A stretch of 64,000 nucleotides of DNA from the human T2T-CHM13v2.0 reference genome, Homo sapiens, in NCBI RefSeq assembly GCF_009914755.1, contig NC_060939.1; one strand, 5' to 3'. The notes beneath the pieces are model-generated. The model was not told the origin of the DNA and did no database searches. It worked only from the letters and a program-made list of their open reading frames with translations. Shown in pieces: positions 46,281 to 61,500 of the stretch. The stretch's first letter is position 1; each line of letters starts with the position of its first letter. A program made the position numbers and the translations under genes.

Positions 46281-48909
46281 AACCATACCAAGGCACATTA
46301 TAACAAAATTACTTAAAACCATGATATGGAAAAAAATATATATATATGCATTTTTAATATTTATATTAAATAGTTTCTATTTATATTTTTTACATATAAA
46401 AATATATACAGCAGAAAAGAAAAAATAAGAAACATCAGATACAGTAAAAAAGAAAAAAAGGAATGTGTGTTCTCTGCTGATCAGAAACAACCAAAGCCAT
46501 TAAAAAAACACAATAACATGTTTAAGAGATGAAAGAAAAAAAATGTCATAACAGAACTCTACATCCATTAAAAATTTCATTCAAAAATAAAGGTTAAATA
46601 GACGTTTTCAGGCAAACAAATGCTAAGAAAACCTACTGTCAGTAGACCTGAACTATTAAAAACATTAAAGGAAGTTATTCAGATGAAAGAAAATGACACC
46701 ACATAAAAATTCAGAACTACATGAAGAAGCAAAGAGCATAACAAATGGTTTCTTAAATTATTTAAAAGATAACTGAAAGATTGGAACAAAATTAAAATGC
46801 AGGATTTGTTACATGAAGAAGTAAAATGTATGATAACAGTAACACAAAAGGCAGAGGAACGGAAGATGGACGCATAAATTGTTGCAAGGTTCTACAATAG
46901 TAACTGAAATACTATAATATTATTTGAAGGCATACTGTGATGGTTAAAAGATACATATTTGAAACTGAGCAAACACTAAAAATAAAAAGTGGTAGAGCTA
47001 ATAAATCAATGAAGAGACAAATGTCCAGACTAGGTGAAAAAAGGAGATTCAATTACATGATTATAATAGTTACACATTAAATATAAAGAGACATAGTTAA
47101 AATTTACAAGGAAAAGAAAGGAAAAAGATACTATGCAAAAAACAAATTTTAAAAAATAGAAATAATGCTATTAATATTACACAGAGTAGGTTTTAGGATA
47201 AAGAGAATTAGAAGAAGATATGAAGAAGGAAAATTGATAATGGGAAAGGGAACAATTTGTCAAGAATATATACTTCTAAATTTGTATATATATCTAATAA
47301 CAAAGTTTCAAAATTTGAAGAAAAACTGGAAAAAACCTGAAGGAAGAAAATTTTTTAAACATAATAATGATTGAAAATGTGGACATTCTTTTTGAAGAAA
47401 CAAATGGAACAATATCAGAGAGACAATACTACAGATAGAACATTACAGAATATTCTAACAGTACTAACCACATAGACCTAACTGACATAGAAAGTACACC
47501 TATAATAAGCACAATATAAGTGCATTTCAAGTAAATAAGCAATATTGTCCAAGGCAGACCAGTTGCTGAGAAATACAACAAATCTTAATATTTTTAAAGG
47601 GAATGAAATTATACACAGTATCTTCTCTGACCACAGAAAATTAAATCAACACTTAAAGACAAAAAGATATGTGGAAAGTTCAAATGTTTGGAAATTCAAC
47701 AAAACACTTCTAAGTAATCAATAGGTCAAAGAAATTAAAAGTCAAATTAGAAATATTTTGAACTATATCAAAATAATACAACATATTAAAATATGTTGAA
47801 TGTAGGTTAAGTAGGTATTAGAGGGAAAGTGATAGCTATAATTACATATATTATAAAAAAAGAGCTTTCAAATCAATAATCTCAGAGGCCACCTTAAGAA
47901 ATCAGGGGAAAAGAAAATATAAATATGAAGTAAATACAAGTAAAAAATAATAAAGAACATGAAATAAAAACGAACAAACAAAAATCAAATGCAGCAAAAA
48001 TTTGTTATTTCAAAAGATTAACAAAATTGATAAATTCTAGACCAGAGATCGGGGGGAACGAAGGAAGAAAAGACAAATTAAAATTTTCAGTAATGAAAGA
48101 GAGGATGTCACTAAAAAGCATACAGGAATTAAAAGAAAAATAATGCAATTTTCTTCAATGCAAGCACACAATCTTCCTAACTCAATGCAAGCACAAGATT
48201 GAATTATTTTTCTTTCCTGATTGCTCTGGCTAGGACTTCTAGTACTGCGTGGAATAGGAGTAGTGAGAGTGAGCATACTTGTCATGTTTTAAAATTGCAT
48301 TTTTTCAATGCAAGCACACAATCTTCCTAATTCAATCCAAGCACAAGACTGAATTAGGAAGAGATTGAAATCATGAATAAAGCAGTATCAATGTAGAAAT
48401 TAAATTAGTAACAAAGAACCTACCAACCAAAAAAAAAAAAAAAAACCCTTGACCAGATAGATTCACAGCCAAATTCTACCAGACATACAAAGAAGAAATG
48501 ACACCAATCCTACTAAAACTATTCCCAAAAAGCTGGAGATGAGAGACCTCTCCCTATCTCATTCTATGAAGCTAGAATCAGACTGACACCAGAATTTGGC
48601 AGAGGCACAATGGAAAAAAAAAAAAAAAACTTCAGACTAACATCCCTCACAAACACAGATGCAAAAATCCTCAACAAAATACTAGCAAATAAAATCCAGC
48701 AGCACATTAAAAAGTTAACACACCACAAATCAAGTAAGCTTTATTCCTGAGATGTAAGGCTGGTTCAATCAGCAACTCAATAAATGTGATTCACCACATA
48801 AACAGAATCAAAAGCAAATTCCATATAACCATCTAAATAGATGCAGTGGAAGCATTTGATAAAATCCAACACCCCTTCATGATGAAAACTTTCAACAGAT
48901 TAGGCATCA

Positions 48910-49530
<621 letters not shown>

Positions 49531-50954
49531 TGATAATAGTAAGAGCTATCTACGATAAACCCACAGCCAACATCATACTGAAGGTGCAAAAGCTAGAACC
49601 ATTCTGCTTGGATCTGGAACAAGACAAGGACTCCCACTCTCACCACTCCTATCCAACACAGAACTAGAAGTCCTAGCCAGGGCAATCAGGAAAGAGAAAG
49701 AAATAAAAGGTATCTAAATAGGAAAAGAAATCAAACTACCTCTCTTTGCTGACAATATGATTCTACACCTAGGAAATCATAAAGACTCTGACAAAGGGCT
49801 CCTAGAATTGATAAATGACATTAGTAAAGTTTCGGAATACAAAATCAATGAACAGAAATCAGTAGCATTGCTAACAACATCTAGGCTGAGCGTAAAATCA
49901 AGAACACAATCTCATTCATAATAGCCACACGAAAAATGAAATACCTAAGAATATAGCTGACCAAGGAGGAGAAAGACTTCTAAAAGAACAACTACAAAAC
50001 TGCCGAAAAAAAATTACAGATTACACAAACAAATGGAAAAACATTCCATGCTCATGGATTGGAAGAGTCAATAGGGTAAAAATGGCTATACTGCCCAAAG
50101 CAATTTACAGATATAATGCTATTCATATCAAACTGCCAATGTCATTCTTCACAAAATTAGAAAAAATGATTCTAAAATTCATATGGAACCAAAAAAGAGC
50201 CCAAATAACAACAGCAATCCTAAGCAAAAGAATAAAGCCGGAGAATCACACTACCCAACTTCAAGCTATACTATAAAGCCACAGTAAACAAAATAACTTG
50301 GTATTGGTACAAAAACTGACACATAGACCAACTGAACAGAAAACTCAGAAATAAAGCCACACATCTGCAACCATCTCATCTTCAACAAGGGAGATAAAAA
50401 CAAGCAATTGGAAAAGAATTCCCCATTCGATAAATGGTGGTGGAATAACTGAATAGCCATATGCAGAAGATTGAAGCTGGACCCCTACTTTTCACCAGAT
50501 ACAAAAATTGACTCAAGTGAATTAAAGATTGAAAAGTACCTCAAGCTACAAAAATTCTAGAAGACAACCTAGCAAATATTTTTCCCAACATCACCACTGG
50601 CAAATAATTTCTGGCTAAGTCCCTAAAAGCAATTGCAACAAAAACAAGAATAAGCAACAAGTGGGACATAATTAAACTAAAGAGATTCTGCACATCAAAA
50701 TAAACTATCAGCCGAGCAAAGAGACAACAAACAGAATGGGAGAAGATATTCAGAAACTATGCATCCAACAAAGGCCTAATATCTAGAATCTACAGAGAAC
50801 TTAAACAAATCAACAAAGAAAATAACCCATTAAAAACTGGACAAAAGACATGAACAGACACTTCTCAAAAGAAGATATATAAGTGGCCAAGAAACATGAA
50901 AAAATGCTCAGCATCACTAATAATCAGAGAAATGCAAATCAAAACCACAATGAG

Positions 50955-51247
<293 letters not shown>

Positions 51248-51469
51248 CTAACAATGCTATTACCACAAAGTCAAATAACAACAGATTCTGGTGAGGCTAC
51301 CGAGAAAAGAGAATGCTTACAAAGGGAATGTAAATTAGTTCAACCACTGTGGAAAGCAGTCTGAAGATTTCTCAAAGAACTTAAAACAGGGCTACCATTC
51401 GACCCAGCAATTCCATTACTGGGTATATACCCCAAATAAAATAATCATTCTACAAAAAAGACATTTGCA

Positions 51470-54400
51470 GAAATCTGGAAGTGGTTGCCAAGGCCACCAG
51501 GCAGCAAATATGAGTGGGACAAGTCCCTGACTCAGGCATCCTGCTTTCCCTGGCCTGGCTCACCAGGTCCTACCAAGGTGGCTTACTCTTTTACAATTTT
51601 GGGTCTGGTTGCAGGGGGCCTGAATGCCATTAGCTAACAAAGCTGGTGGAGTGAATCCACTTCATACCATGATCAAACCTCCAAGGGCAGCAAAGAAGCT
51701 AAAAGGAAAAAGGATAGCAACTTCAAAGATTAAAGAAACAACATCTCACAGAGCTGAGAAAGAACTAGTGCAAGAACTACGGTATCTCAAAGCCAGAGTA
51801 TCTTCTTACCTCAAAACAACAGCACTAATTCTTAACAACAGCAATGATTCTTAACCAGGCTGAAATGACAGACACAGAATTCAGAAGATGAAAAGGAATG
51901 AAGATCATCAAGATTCAGGAGAAAGTGTGAACTGAATCCAATGATTCTAAGGAATACAACAAAATAATACAGGAGCTGAGAGACAAAACAGTCATTTTAA
52001 GAAAGAACCAAACTGATCTGATACAGGCAAAAAACTCACTTTGAGAATTTCATAATAAAATTTCAAGAATTAAGAGCAGAATCAACCAAGCTGAGGAAAA
52101 AAATCTCAGATCATGAAGACTAGTTTTCCAAATTAAATCAGACAAACATAAAGAAAAAAGAAGAAGGAACAAAACCTCTGAGAAATATGGGATTATGTAA
52201 AGAGACCAAATCTATGACTCATTGATCTCCCTGAAAGAGAAGGAGAGAAAAAGCAAGCAACCTGGAAAGCATATTTGAGGACATCATCCATGAAAATTTC
52301 CCCAAACTCTAGAGAGGATAACATTCGAATTCAAGAAACTCAGAGAACCCCTGTGAGATACTACACAAGACAACTATGTGCAAGACATACAGTCATCAGA
52401 CTCTCCACAATCAAAGTGAAAGGAAGAATTATCCATGATGAACATGCGTACAAAAATCCTCAAGAGAGAAGGGGCAGTCACCCACAAAGTAAACTCATCA
52501 GGCTAACAGTGGATCTTTCAGCAGAAACACTATAAGGCAGAAGAGATTGGACGCTTATATTCAGCATTATTAAAAGAAATTCCAACCAAGGACTTTAAAT
52601 CTAGAAAAACTAAGCTTCATAAGGGAAGGAGAAATAAGATCCTTTTCAGACAAGCAAATGCTAAGGGAATTCATTACCACAGACTTGCCTTAAAAAAGGT
52701 CCTTAAGAGATAGTGGAAATAGAAAAGATTATCATGGCCCACAAAAACAAACAAACAAAGACACTTAAGTATGTAGGCCACTAACACTATAAAGCAACTG
52801 CACAATCAAGTCTGCATAATAACCAGCTAACAACGTGACAGGATCAGATCTGCATGTATCAATATTAACTTTAAATGTAAATGAAAATAATGCCCTCAAT
52901 TAAAAGGTGGAGTGGCAAGGTGGATGAAGATGCAAGACCCAACCATATGTTGTCTTCAATGGACCCATCTCACAAGCAGTGATAGCCACAGGTTCAAAGT
53001 AAAGGGATGGAGAAAAATCTAACAAACAGGAAACAGAAAAAAGCAGAGGTTGCTACCGTAATTCCAGAAAAAAATAGAATTTAAATCCACAACAAACCAG
53101 ACAAAGAAGAGCATTACATAATAGTAAAGGATTCAATTCAACAAGAAGACCTAACTATACTAAACATGTATGCACCAAACACAGGAGCACATAGATTCAT
53201 AAAACAAGTTCTTATAAACTTATGAAAAGACTTAGAAAACCACATAATAATAGTGGGAGACTTCAGTACCCCACTGACAGCATTAAACAGACTACTGAGG
53301 CAGAAAACTAACAATGATATTCGGGGCCTGAACTTGACACTTCATTAAATGGACCTAATGATATCTAGAGAACTCTCCACCCCAAAACAACATAATACAC
53401 ATTCTTCTCATCTGCACAAGGCACATGGTCTAAATCACCCACACAGTGAGCCATAAAACAATTCTCAACAAATTCAAAAACCCAAAATCATACCAACTAC
53501 AATCTCAGACCACAGCACCACAGAAGTAGGTATCAATTCTAAGAAGAGTGCTTAAAACCATACAATGAAATGGAAATTAAACAACCTGCTCCCAAATGAC
53601 TTTGGAGTAAACAATAAAATTAAAGCAGAAATCAAGAAATTATTTGAAACTAATGAGAAAAAAAGATATGACATACCAGAATCTCTGGGACACAGCTAAA
53701 GCAGTGTTAAGCGGGAAGTTTACAGTGCTAAACTACCACATCAAAATCTTAGAAAGATCTCAAATTAACAGCCTAACATCACATCCAGATGAAGTAGAGG
53801 AAGAGGAACCCAACCCCAAAGCTAGTGGAAGACAAGAAATAATCAAAATCAGAGCTCAACTGAAGAAAACTGAGATGAGAAAAAATCATGCAAATGACCA
53901 ACAAATCCAAGAGTTGATTTTTTTGACAGACAAAGTAAGACTGATAGACCACTAGCTAGACTAATAAAGAAAAAAAGACATAAGATCCAAATAAGCACAA
54001 TCAGAAATGCCTAAGGGAACATTAATACCAGCCCTACAGAAATGTAAAACATCCCTCAGAGACTATTACAAACACCTCTATGCATACAAACTAGAAAATC
54101 TAGAAGAAATTGATAAATTCCTGGAAACATACAACCTTTCAAGATTGAATGAGGAAGAAATTGCAATCCTAAAAAGCCCAATAACTAGGACTGAAACTGA
54201 ATCAGTAATAAAAAGCCTATGAACCAGAAAAAGCCCAGGACCAGATTTAGAGCCAGATTCCACCAAATGTATAAAGAAGAGCTGGTACTATTACTATTGA
54301 AACTATTCCAAATAATGAGGAGGAGGGACACTTTAACTCATTCTATGAGCCAAGCATCATTCTGATATCAAAATCTGGCAGAGACACAACAACAAAAAAA

Positions 54401-57225
54401 AAAAAAAAAGAAAGAAAGAAAGAAAAAAGAACACAGGCCATTATTCATGATGACATGCATACAAAAATCCTCAAGAAAATGCTAGCAAACTAAACCCAGC
54501 AACACATCAAAAAACTAACCCACTATGATCAAATAGACTTTATCCCTGGGACATAAGGTTGGTCAACAAACACAAATCAATATATAGGATTCATCTATAC
54601 ACAAAACTAAAAACAAAAATCATATGATCGTCTAAATAGATGCAGGAAAGGCTTTCAATAAAATTCAACATCGCTTCATGTTAAAAACCTTCAACAAACT
54701 AGGCAGAAAAGGAATATGCCTCAAAATAATTAGAACTGTATATGTCAAACACACAGCCAATATCATACTGAACAGGCAAAAGCTGGAAGCACTGCCCTTG
54801 AGAAATGGAACAAAACAGGATTCCCACTATCACCACTCCTATTCAGCATAGTACTGGAAATCCTAACCAGAGCAATCAGGCAAAATAATGAATAAAAGGC
54901 ATCCAAATAGGAAGAGAGGAAGTCAAACTATCTCTATTAGCTGACGATATGATACTATCCCTAGAAAACCCCATAGTTTCTACCCCAAAATTCCTAGATC
55001 TGATAAAAAACTTCAGTACCATTTCAGGATATAAAATCAATGTACAAAAATCAGTGGCATTTCTACACACCAACATCCAAGCTGAGGGCCAATTCAAGAA
55101 TGCAATCCCATTCACAATAGCCACAAAAAAGAATGAAATACCTAGAAATACAGCTAACCATGGAGTTGAAAAATGTCTACAACAAGAATTACAAAACACT
55201 GCTCAAAGAAATCAGAGATGACATAAACAAAGGCAAAAATATTCCATGCTCATGGAGAGAAAGAATCTATTGTTAACATGGCCATACTGCTCAAAGCAAT
55301 TTATAGATTCAATTCTATTCCCATCAAACTAACAATGATATTCTTAACAAAATTAGAAAAAAATTATTTAAAAACTCATACGGAACCAAAAAAGAGCCCC
55401 AGTAGCCAGAGCAATCCTACGTAAAAGAACAAAGCTGAAGACATCACATTACCCACATTACCCAACTTCATACTATACCTTACAAGGCCATGAACCAAAA
55501 CAGCGTGGTACTGGTATAAAAACAGAAACATAGATGAATGGAACAGTAAAGAGAGTGCAGAAAAAATGCCGCATACCTGCAGCCATCTCATCTTTGACAA
55601 AGTTGACAAGAACAAGCAGTGGGGAAAGGAATTTCTATTCATTAAATGGTGCTGGGGTAATTGGCTAGCCATATGCAGAAGCTAAAACTGAACCTCTTAT
55701 TTACACCATTTACAATAATCAACTCAAGATGGATTAAATAACTTAAATGTGAAACCTCAAACTATAAAAACCCTAGAAGATAGCCTAGAAAATACCATTC
55801 TGGAAACAGGACCTGGTAAATATTTCATGATGAAGAAGCCAAAAACAATTGCAACAACAACAACAAACAATTGACAAATGAGACCTATTTAAAATAAAGA
55901 GTTTCCACACAAGTAAAGAAAATATTACCAGAGTAAACAGCCAACCTACATACTGGGAGAAAATATTTGCAAACCATGAATCTGACAAAGGTTTAATATT
56001 CAGAACCTATAAGGAACTTAAACAAATTTACAAGCAAAAAACCAATCTCATTAAAAAGTGGGCAAAGAATATTACAGACACACTTTTTTTTTTAAAGTCA
56101 GGGTCTTGCTCTGTTGCCCAGGCTGGAGTATAGTGGTACAATCACAGCTCACTGCAGTCTCGACCTCCCAGGCTCAAGTGATCCTCTTGCCTCAGTCTTC
56201 TGAGAAGCTGGGACCACAGGGGATGCCACTATGCACTGCTAACTTTTTCATTTTTTGTAGAAACAGGGTCTTGCTATATTGTCCAGGCTGATGTCAAACT
56301 CCTGGCCTAAAACAATCCTCCTGCCACAGCCTCCCAAAGTGTTGGGATTGTAGGCGCGAGCCACCACACCCAACCGGAACAGACACATTTTTAAGAAGAC
56401 AAACACATGGTCAACAAGCATATGAAAGAATGTTTAACATCACTATTCATTAGAGAAATGGAAATCAAAACCATAATTAGATATCATCTTATACTAGTCA
56501 GAATGGTTATTATTTAAAAAGTCAAAAAATAAATGCTGGCGAGGCTGTGGAAAACAGGGAATGCTTATATACTGTTGGTGAGGGAATGCTCATATATTGT
56601 TGGTGGGAATGTAAATTATTCCGTTATTGTGCAGAGCAGTCTGTAGATTTCTCAAAGAACACAGAACAACCATTTGACCCAGCAATTCCATTATTGGGTA
56701 TATACCCATAGGAATATAAATCTTTCTACCATAAAGACACATGTATGTCTGTGTTCATTGCAGCACTATTCATAATGGCAGACATGGAATCAACCTAAAT
56801 GCCTATCAATGGGAGAGTGGACAAAGAAAATGGGGTACATATGTATCATGGAATACTATGCACCTATAAAAAAGAATGAGGTTGCATGCTTTGCAGCAAT
56901 ATGGATGAAGCTGGAGGTCATTATTCTAAGCAAACTAATGCAGGAACAGAAAACCAAATACTACATGTTCTCATAAGTGGGAGTGAAACACTGAATACAC
57001 ATGGATACAAAGAAGGAAACATCAGACACTGGGGCCTACTTGAGGATGGAGGGTGCAAGGATGTTGAAGATAAAAAAACAACCTATTGGTTACTATGCTT
57101 ATTACCTGGATGACAAAATAATCTATACAGCAAATATCCTGTGACATGCAATTAACCTATGCAGTAAAGCTGCCCAAATACCCCTGAACCTAAAATAAAA
57201 ATTTAAAACAATAATAAACAAATAA
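51470..57225 (+). mobile_element. Near full-length L1PA15/16-like element (partial 5'UTR, ORF1, ORF2, 3'UTR)
   Basis: ORF1-like gaaatatgggattatgtaaagagacc. ORF2 start near 52836. [13 protein letters not shown]. 3' end cccctgaacctaaaataaaa. Confidence 0.9.
56083..56375 (-). mobile_element. AluJ in L1
   Basis: TSD acagacaca. Confidence 0.9.
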
Positions 57226-57349
57226 TTTAAAAGGTGTGCTCCCCTCTTCTCTAGGGGGAAAAAAAGGCATACACTCATGTGGTCATCAAGGCAGTATTTA
57301 CAATAGCAAAAACATGGTTTTAGGTTGTCTATGGGAACATGGAACATAG

Positions 57350-60300
57350 ATCTATGATGAAAACTCTCAAGAAACTAAGAATAGAAGAAAGCTTCCTCAA
57401 TCTGATAAAGGACATCTAAAAAAATAAAAACAAAAACAAACTACAGTTAACATCATCCCTTAATGGTGAAAAACTGCTTTCTCCCTAACAACAGGATCAA
57501 GGCTTCTGTTCTGTATTTTACTGAGGGTACAAGACAGTGTAGTATGATAGTAAAAACAGTATACAAATTGGAAAGTAAGAAACAAAACTTTTCACTCCCA
57601 GATACCATGTTCATGTACATTAAAAATCTTATAAATTTACCAAAAAAACTAATTAGAGCTTATAAGTCAATTTGGCAATGTCCCAGAATATAAGGTTAAT
57701 ACGCAAAAAAAAAACTGTTTCTATAAACTAGCAAGAAATAAGTAAAAATGAAAACAAAATAACGTTTTAAATGATATTCCATGTGTAACACTTATACACT
57801 AAAAATCACAAAACATTACTGAAATTTTATGAAGAAGCTCTAAGGAAATGCAGAGAATATACCATAATCATGAACTGGAAGACCCAATACAATACTATCA
57901 CAATGTCAGTTATTGCCAAGCTGAGCTATAGCTTCAATGCAATCCTAATCAAAATCCCAACAGGCTTTCTTATTTTAGAAAGTAAAAAACTAACTTAAAT
58001 GTAAAACCCAAAACTCAAAACCATAAAAACCCTAGAAGAAAATAGAGGCAGTACCTTTCAGGATACAGGCATGGGCAAAGATTTTATGATGAAATCGCCA
58101 AAAGCAACTGCAACAAAAGCTAAAATTGACAAATGAGATCTAATTAAACTAAAGAGCTTCTGCATAGCAAAACAAACTATCATAAGAGCAAACAGGCAAC
58201 CTACAGAATGGGAGAAAAATTTTTCAATCTACCCATCTGACAAAGGTCTAATATCCATAATTTACAAGGAACTTAAACAAATTTACAAGAAAATAAAAAC
58301 AACCTCATCAAAAAGTGGGCCAAGGACATGAACAGACACTTCTCAAAAGAAGATATTTATGCGGCCAGCAAACATATATTAAAAAAAGGTCAACATCAGT
58401 GATCATTAGAGAAATGCAAATCAAAACCACAATGAGATACCATCTCATGCCGGTCAGAATAGCGATTACTAATAAGTCAAGAAAAAAACAATGCTGGGGA
58501 GGCTGTGAAGAAATAGGAATGCTTTTACGCTGTTGGTGGAAATGTAAATTAGTTCAACCATTGTGGAAGACAGTGTGGCGATTCCTCAAGGATCTAGAAC
58601 CAGAAACACCATTTGATCTAGCAATCCCATTACTGGGTATATACCCAAAGTAATATAAATCATTGTATTATAAAGATACATGGACACTTATGTTTGTTGC
58701 AGCACTATTCACAATAACAAAGACATGGAACCAACCCAAATGCCCATCAATGATAGACTGAATAAAGAAAATGTGGTACATATACACCATGGAATACTAT
58801 ACAGTCATAAAAAGGAATGAGATCAGGTCCTTTGCAGGGACATGGATGAAGCTAGAAGCCATCATCCTCAGCGAACTAATGCAGGAACTGAAAACCAAAC
58901 ACTGCATGTTCTCACTCGTAAGTGGGAGCTGAACAATGAGAACACATGGACACAGGGAGGGGAACAACACATACAGGGGTCTGTCAGGGGTCGAGAGGAA
59001 AGAAAGCATCAGGACAAATAGCTAATGTATGCTGGACTTAATATCTAGATGATGGGTTGATAGTTGCAGCAAACCACCATGGCACATGTTTACCTATGTA
59101 ACAAACCTGCACATTCTGCACGTGTATCCTGGGACTTATAGTAAAATAAAATAAAAATAAAATAAAATCAGTTACAATAACAACAACAAAAGAAAGTAAA
59201 AAACTGATCCTACTATTTATATAAAAATTGCACAGTCCTGAGATAAGCAAAACAAGCTCAAAAAAGAAAACATTGAAGGACTTCTACTTTATTTGAAGAC
59301 TTTCTACAAAGCTATAGAAATCAAGAGAGTTTAAAGATAAATTTATCAATGAAATAGAACTGAACTGAGAGTCCAGAAATATATTTAAACTAATAGGGCA
59401 GATTTACATTTTTATCAAGGTTTCAAAATAGAAACTTAGACATCAATGGAATGCAATAGAGTCCAGAACAGAATCACACATATATGATAGATTTTTTTAA
59501 ATCAAGGTGCTAAGCCATATGGAAAAGAAAAATCTTTTCAAAAATGGTAGTAGAGCAGGCTATCTATAGAAAAATAAACCTGGACCCATACTTTATATCA
59601 TGCCTACTAATTTATTTTAAATGGACTATAAGCCTAAATGCAAAAGCTAAAATTACAAATGTTCTAGAAAAAAATATGATAGAGTATCTTTTGACCTCTG
59701 GGCAGGCAAAGATCTCTTAGACACACCCAGAAAGCACTAGACATAAAAGAAAAATACTGATAAAGCATATATCATTAAAATAAAAAAAATTTGCTTATCA
59801 AAAGCTATTATAAAGAAAATGTATATGTAAGCTCCAGAATGAGAGAAAAGACATCTCAATACATACATCTGTCTGATAACTTGCAGTCAGAATATATAAA
59901 TGACTAATAAAATGACAGCCCATTTTTTTAAATTGGGACACTTCATAAAGGAAAATACTGAACAGTTTTAGAGGATATGAAAAGATGATCAATATATGTG
60001 TTAGTCACTGGGGAAATGCAAATTAGAACAACGAGATACCACTACATTCCCACTAGAACTAAACTAAAATTTTAAAAACTAGTAATACCAAATATTGGCA
60101 AGAATGTGAAGGACCTGGAATTCTCACGGATTGCTAATGGGAGTATAAAATGGCACAACTACTATGGAAAACAGTTTGACAATTCTACTTGTAGGTATTT
60201 ACCGAAGAGAAATAAAAATATTTGTTCACCCAAAGACTTTAAAGGAGCTTTATTTATAAATGTCCCAGATTGGAAACCTAAATGTCTATCAGTAGAATGT

Positions 60301-60670
60301 GGTATATCCATACAATGGATATAGTCAGCAATAAAAAGGGAAGAAATTACATATACACATCAACACAGATAAACCTCAAAAACAGTATAATCAGTTAAAA
60401 AAAAAAAGCCAGCTGCAAAAGAGTGGATGTCATTTGTATAAATTTCTAGAACTGGAAAAAGTAATCTCCAGTTATAGAAAGCATACCAGCGGTTGCCTCA
60501 GGCCAGGAGTGGTGGGAGACTGACTGCAAAGAGGAACAAAGAACTTTATGGGGAAATGAAAATGTTCTATATCTTGATAGGGGTATGGATTGTATGACTG
60601 TCTAGATTTTTCAAAACTCAAATGGTGTATTTTTGACATCGCCACATTGCACTTAAATAAATCATACATC
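57350..60670 (+). mobile_element. Ancient L1MC/ME ORF2 to 3' end, split by a younger L1PA
   Basis: cttcctcaatctgataaaggacatct, aatgcaatcctaatcaaaatcccaacaggc, ggaaatgaaaatgttctatatcttgat. Confidence 0.75.
57992..59190 (+). mobile_element. 5'-truncated L1PA8-like element with 15-bp TSD
   Basis: TSD agaaagtaaaaaact at 57977-57991 and 59191-59205. 3'UTR and (taaaa)n tail present. Confidence 0.95.
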
Positions 60671-60829
60671 AATGAAAAAAGTCAATAGATACAGTTAGTA
60701 TGCATAGAATGGACACAGATGGCAAAATATTAGAAGATAAAACTATTTTTCCTATGGTTATTTACATTTTTAAGATTTTCCTTAAACAAAGCATTAGTTA
60801 CATTTAAAAAAAAAGGCCCTCAAAAGCAG

Positions 60830-61500
60830 TTTCATTGATAAGGTGACATTTGATCAAAGACCTGAAGGAGGCAAGGAAGCCAGCTGTATGGATGTATGTG
60901 AGAAGAACCTTCTAGGAAGAGGAAACCTGAACTATAAAATCCTTGAGGTTTTGACAAGAGCAGCGACAGGCTGTGACTTACATTTTAGCAGGTCTGTTGT
61001 GGCTGCAGTGTTTAGAATATACAAGGGCAGAAACAAGACTAGTCAGAAGGCTACTATAACAATCCAGGTAAGAGCTGACTGAAGCTTTGGATCAGGGGAA
61101 AGCAGTGAAGTTAGAGAGACGTTGTCAAATTCTGAATATATTTTTAAAGCAAAGCTAACATTTGCAGTTAGATTGGATGTGAGGTGTAGGAGAAAGACAG
61201 ATCAAGGATGACTTTAATGGTTTTGGCCTAAGCAACTAGAATAAAGTATTCATTTGCTGATATAGAGAAGACTATGAAATGAGGTAGGTTTTTGTGGCAA
61301 GAAGAAAGAGCAGGTTTGTTTTGGACATACTAAGTTTGAGTAAAGCTGAAGATATAAAATTGGTAGTCATTGGCAAGTAGAGGTATTTATAGCCGCAGAA
61401 CCAGGGAGCTCACCAAGAGAATGTGAACATTAAAAATAGACAGGTTCAAAAAACAGGCCCTTAAAACATTCAAAAGTATCAAGAGGTCTGCAAGTTCTCA
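60830..61500 (-). mobile_element. L2
   Basis: aaggtgacatttgatcaaagacctgaagga...gaaggctact..aatccagg...gattggatgtg...tcaaggatgact. Confidence 0.8.

Larger units (their letters stand above)
44110..48145 (+). mobile_element. Ancient L1 (L1MC/ME-like) 5' region, ORF1 and ORF2 start, interrupted by Alu + LTR
   Basis: aaccaaatggaactcctggagatgaaaaata, gacctatgggacaata, ttctctgaccacag, caaaagattaacaaaattgataaa. Confidence 0.7.

Noticed and set aside
56557-56610. 25-bp tandem duplication (gggaatgct.atata.tgttggtg x2)
   Set aside because: Ordinary slippage duplication inside an L1.
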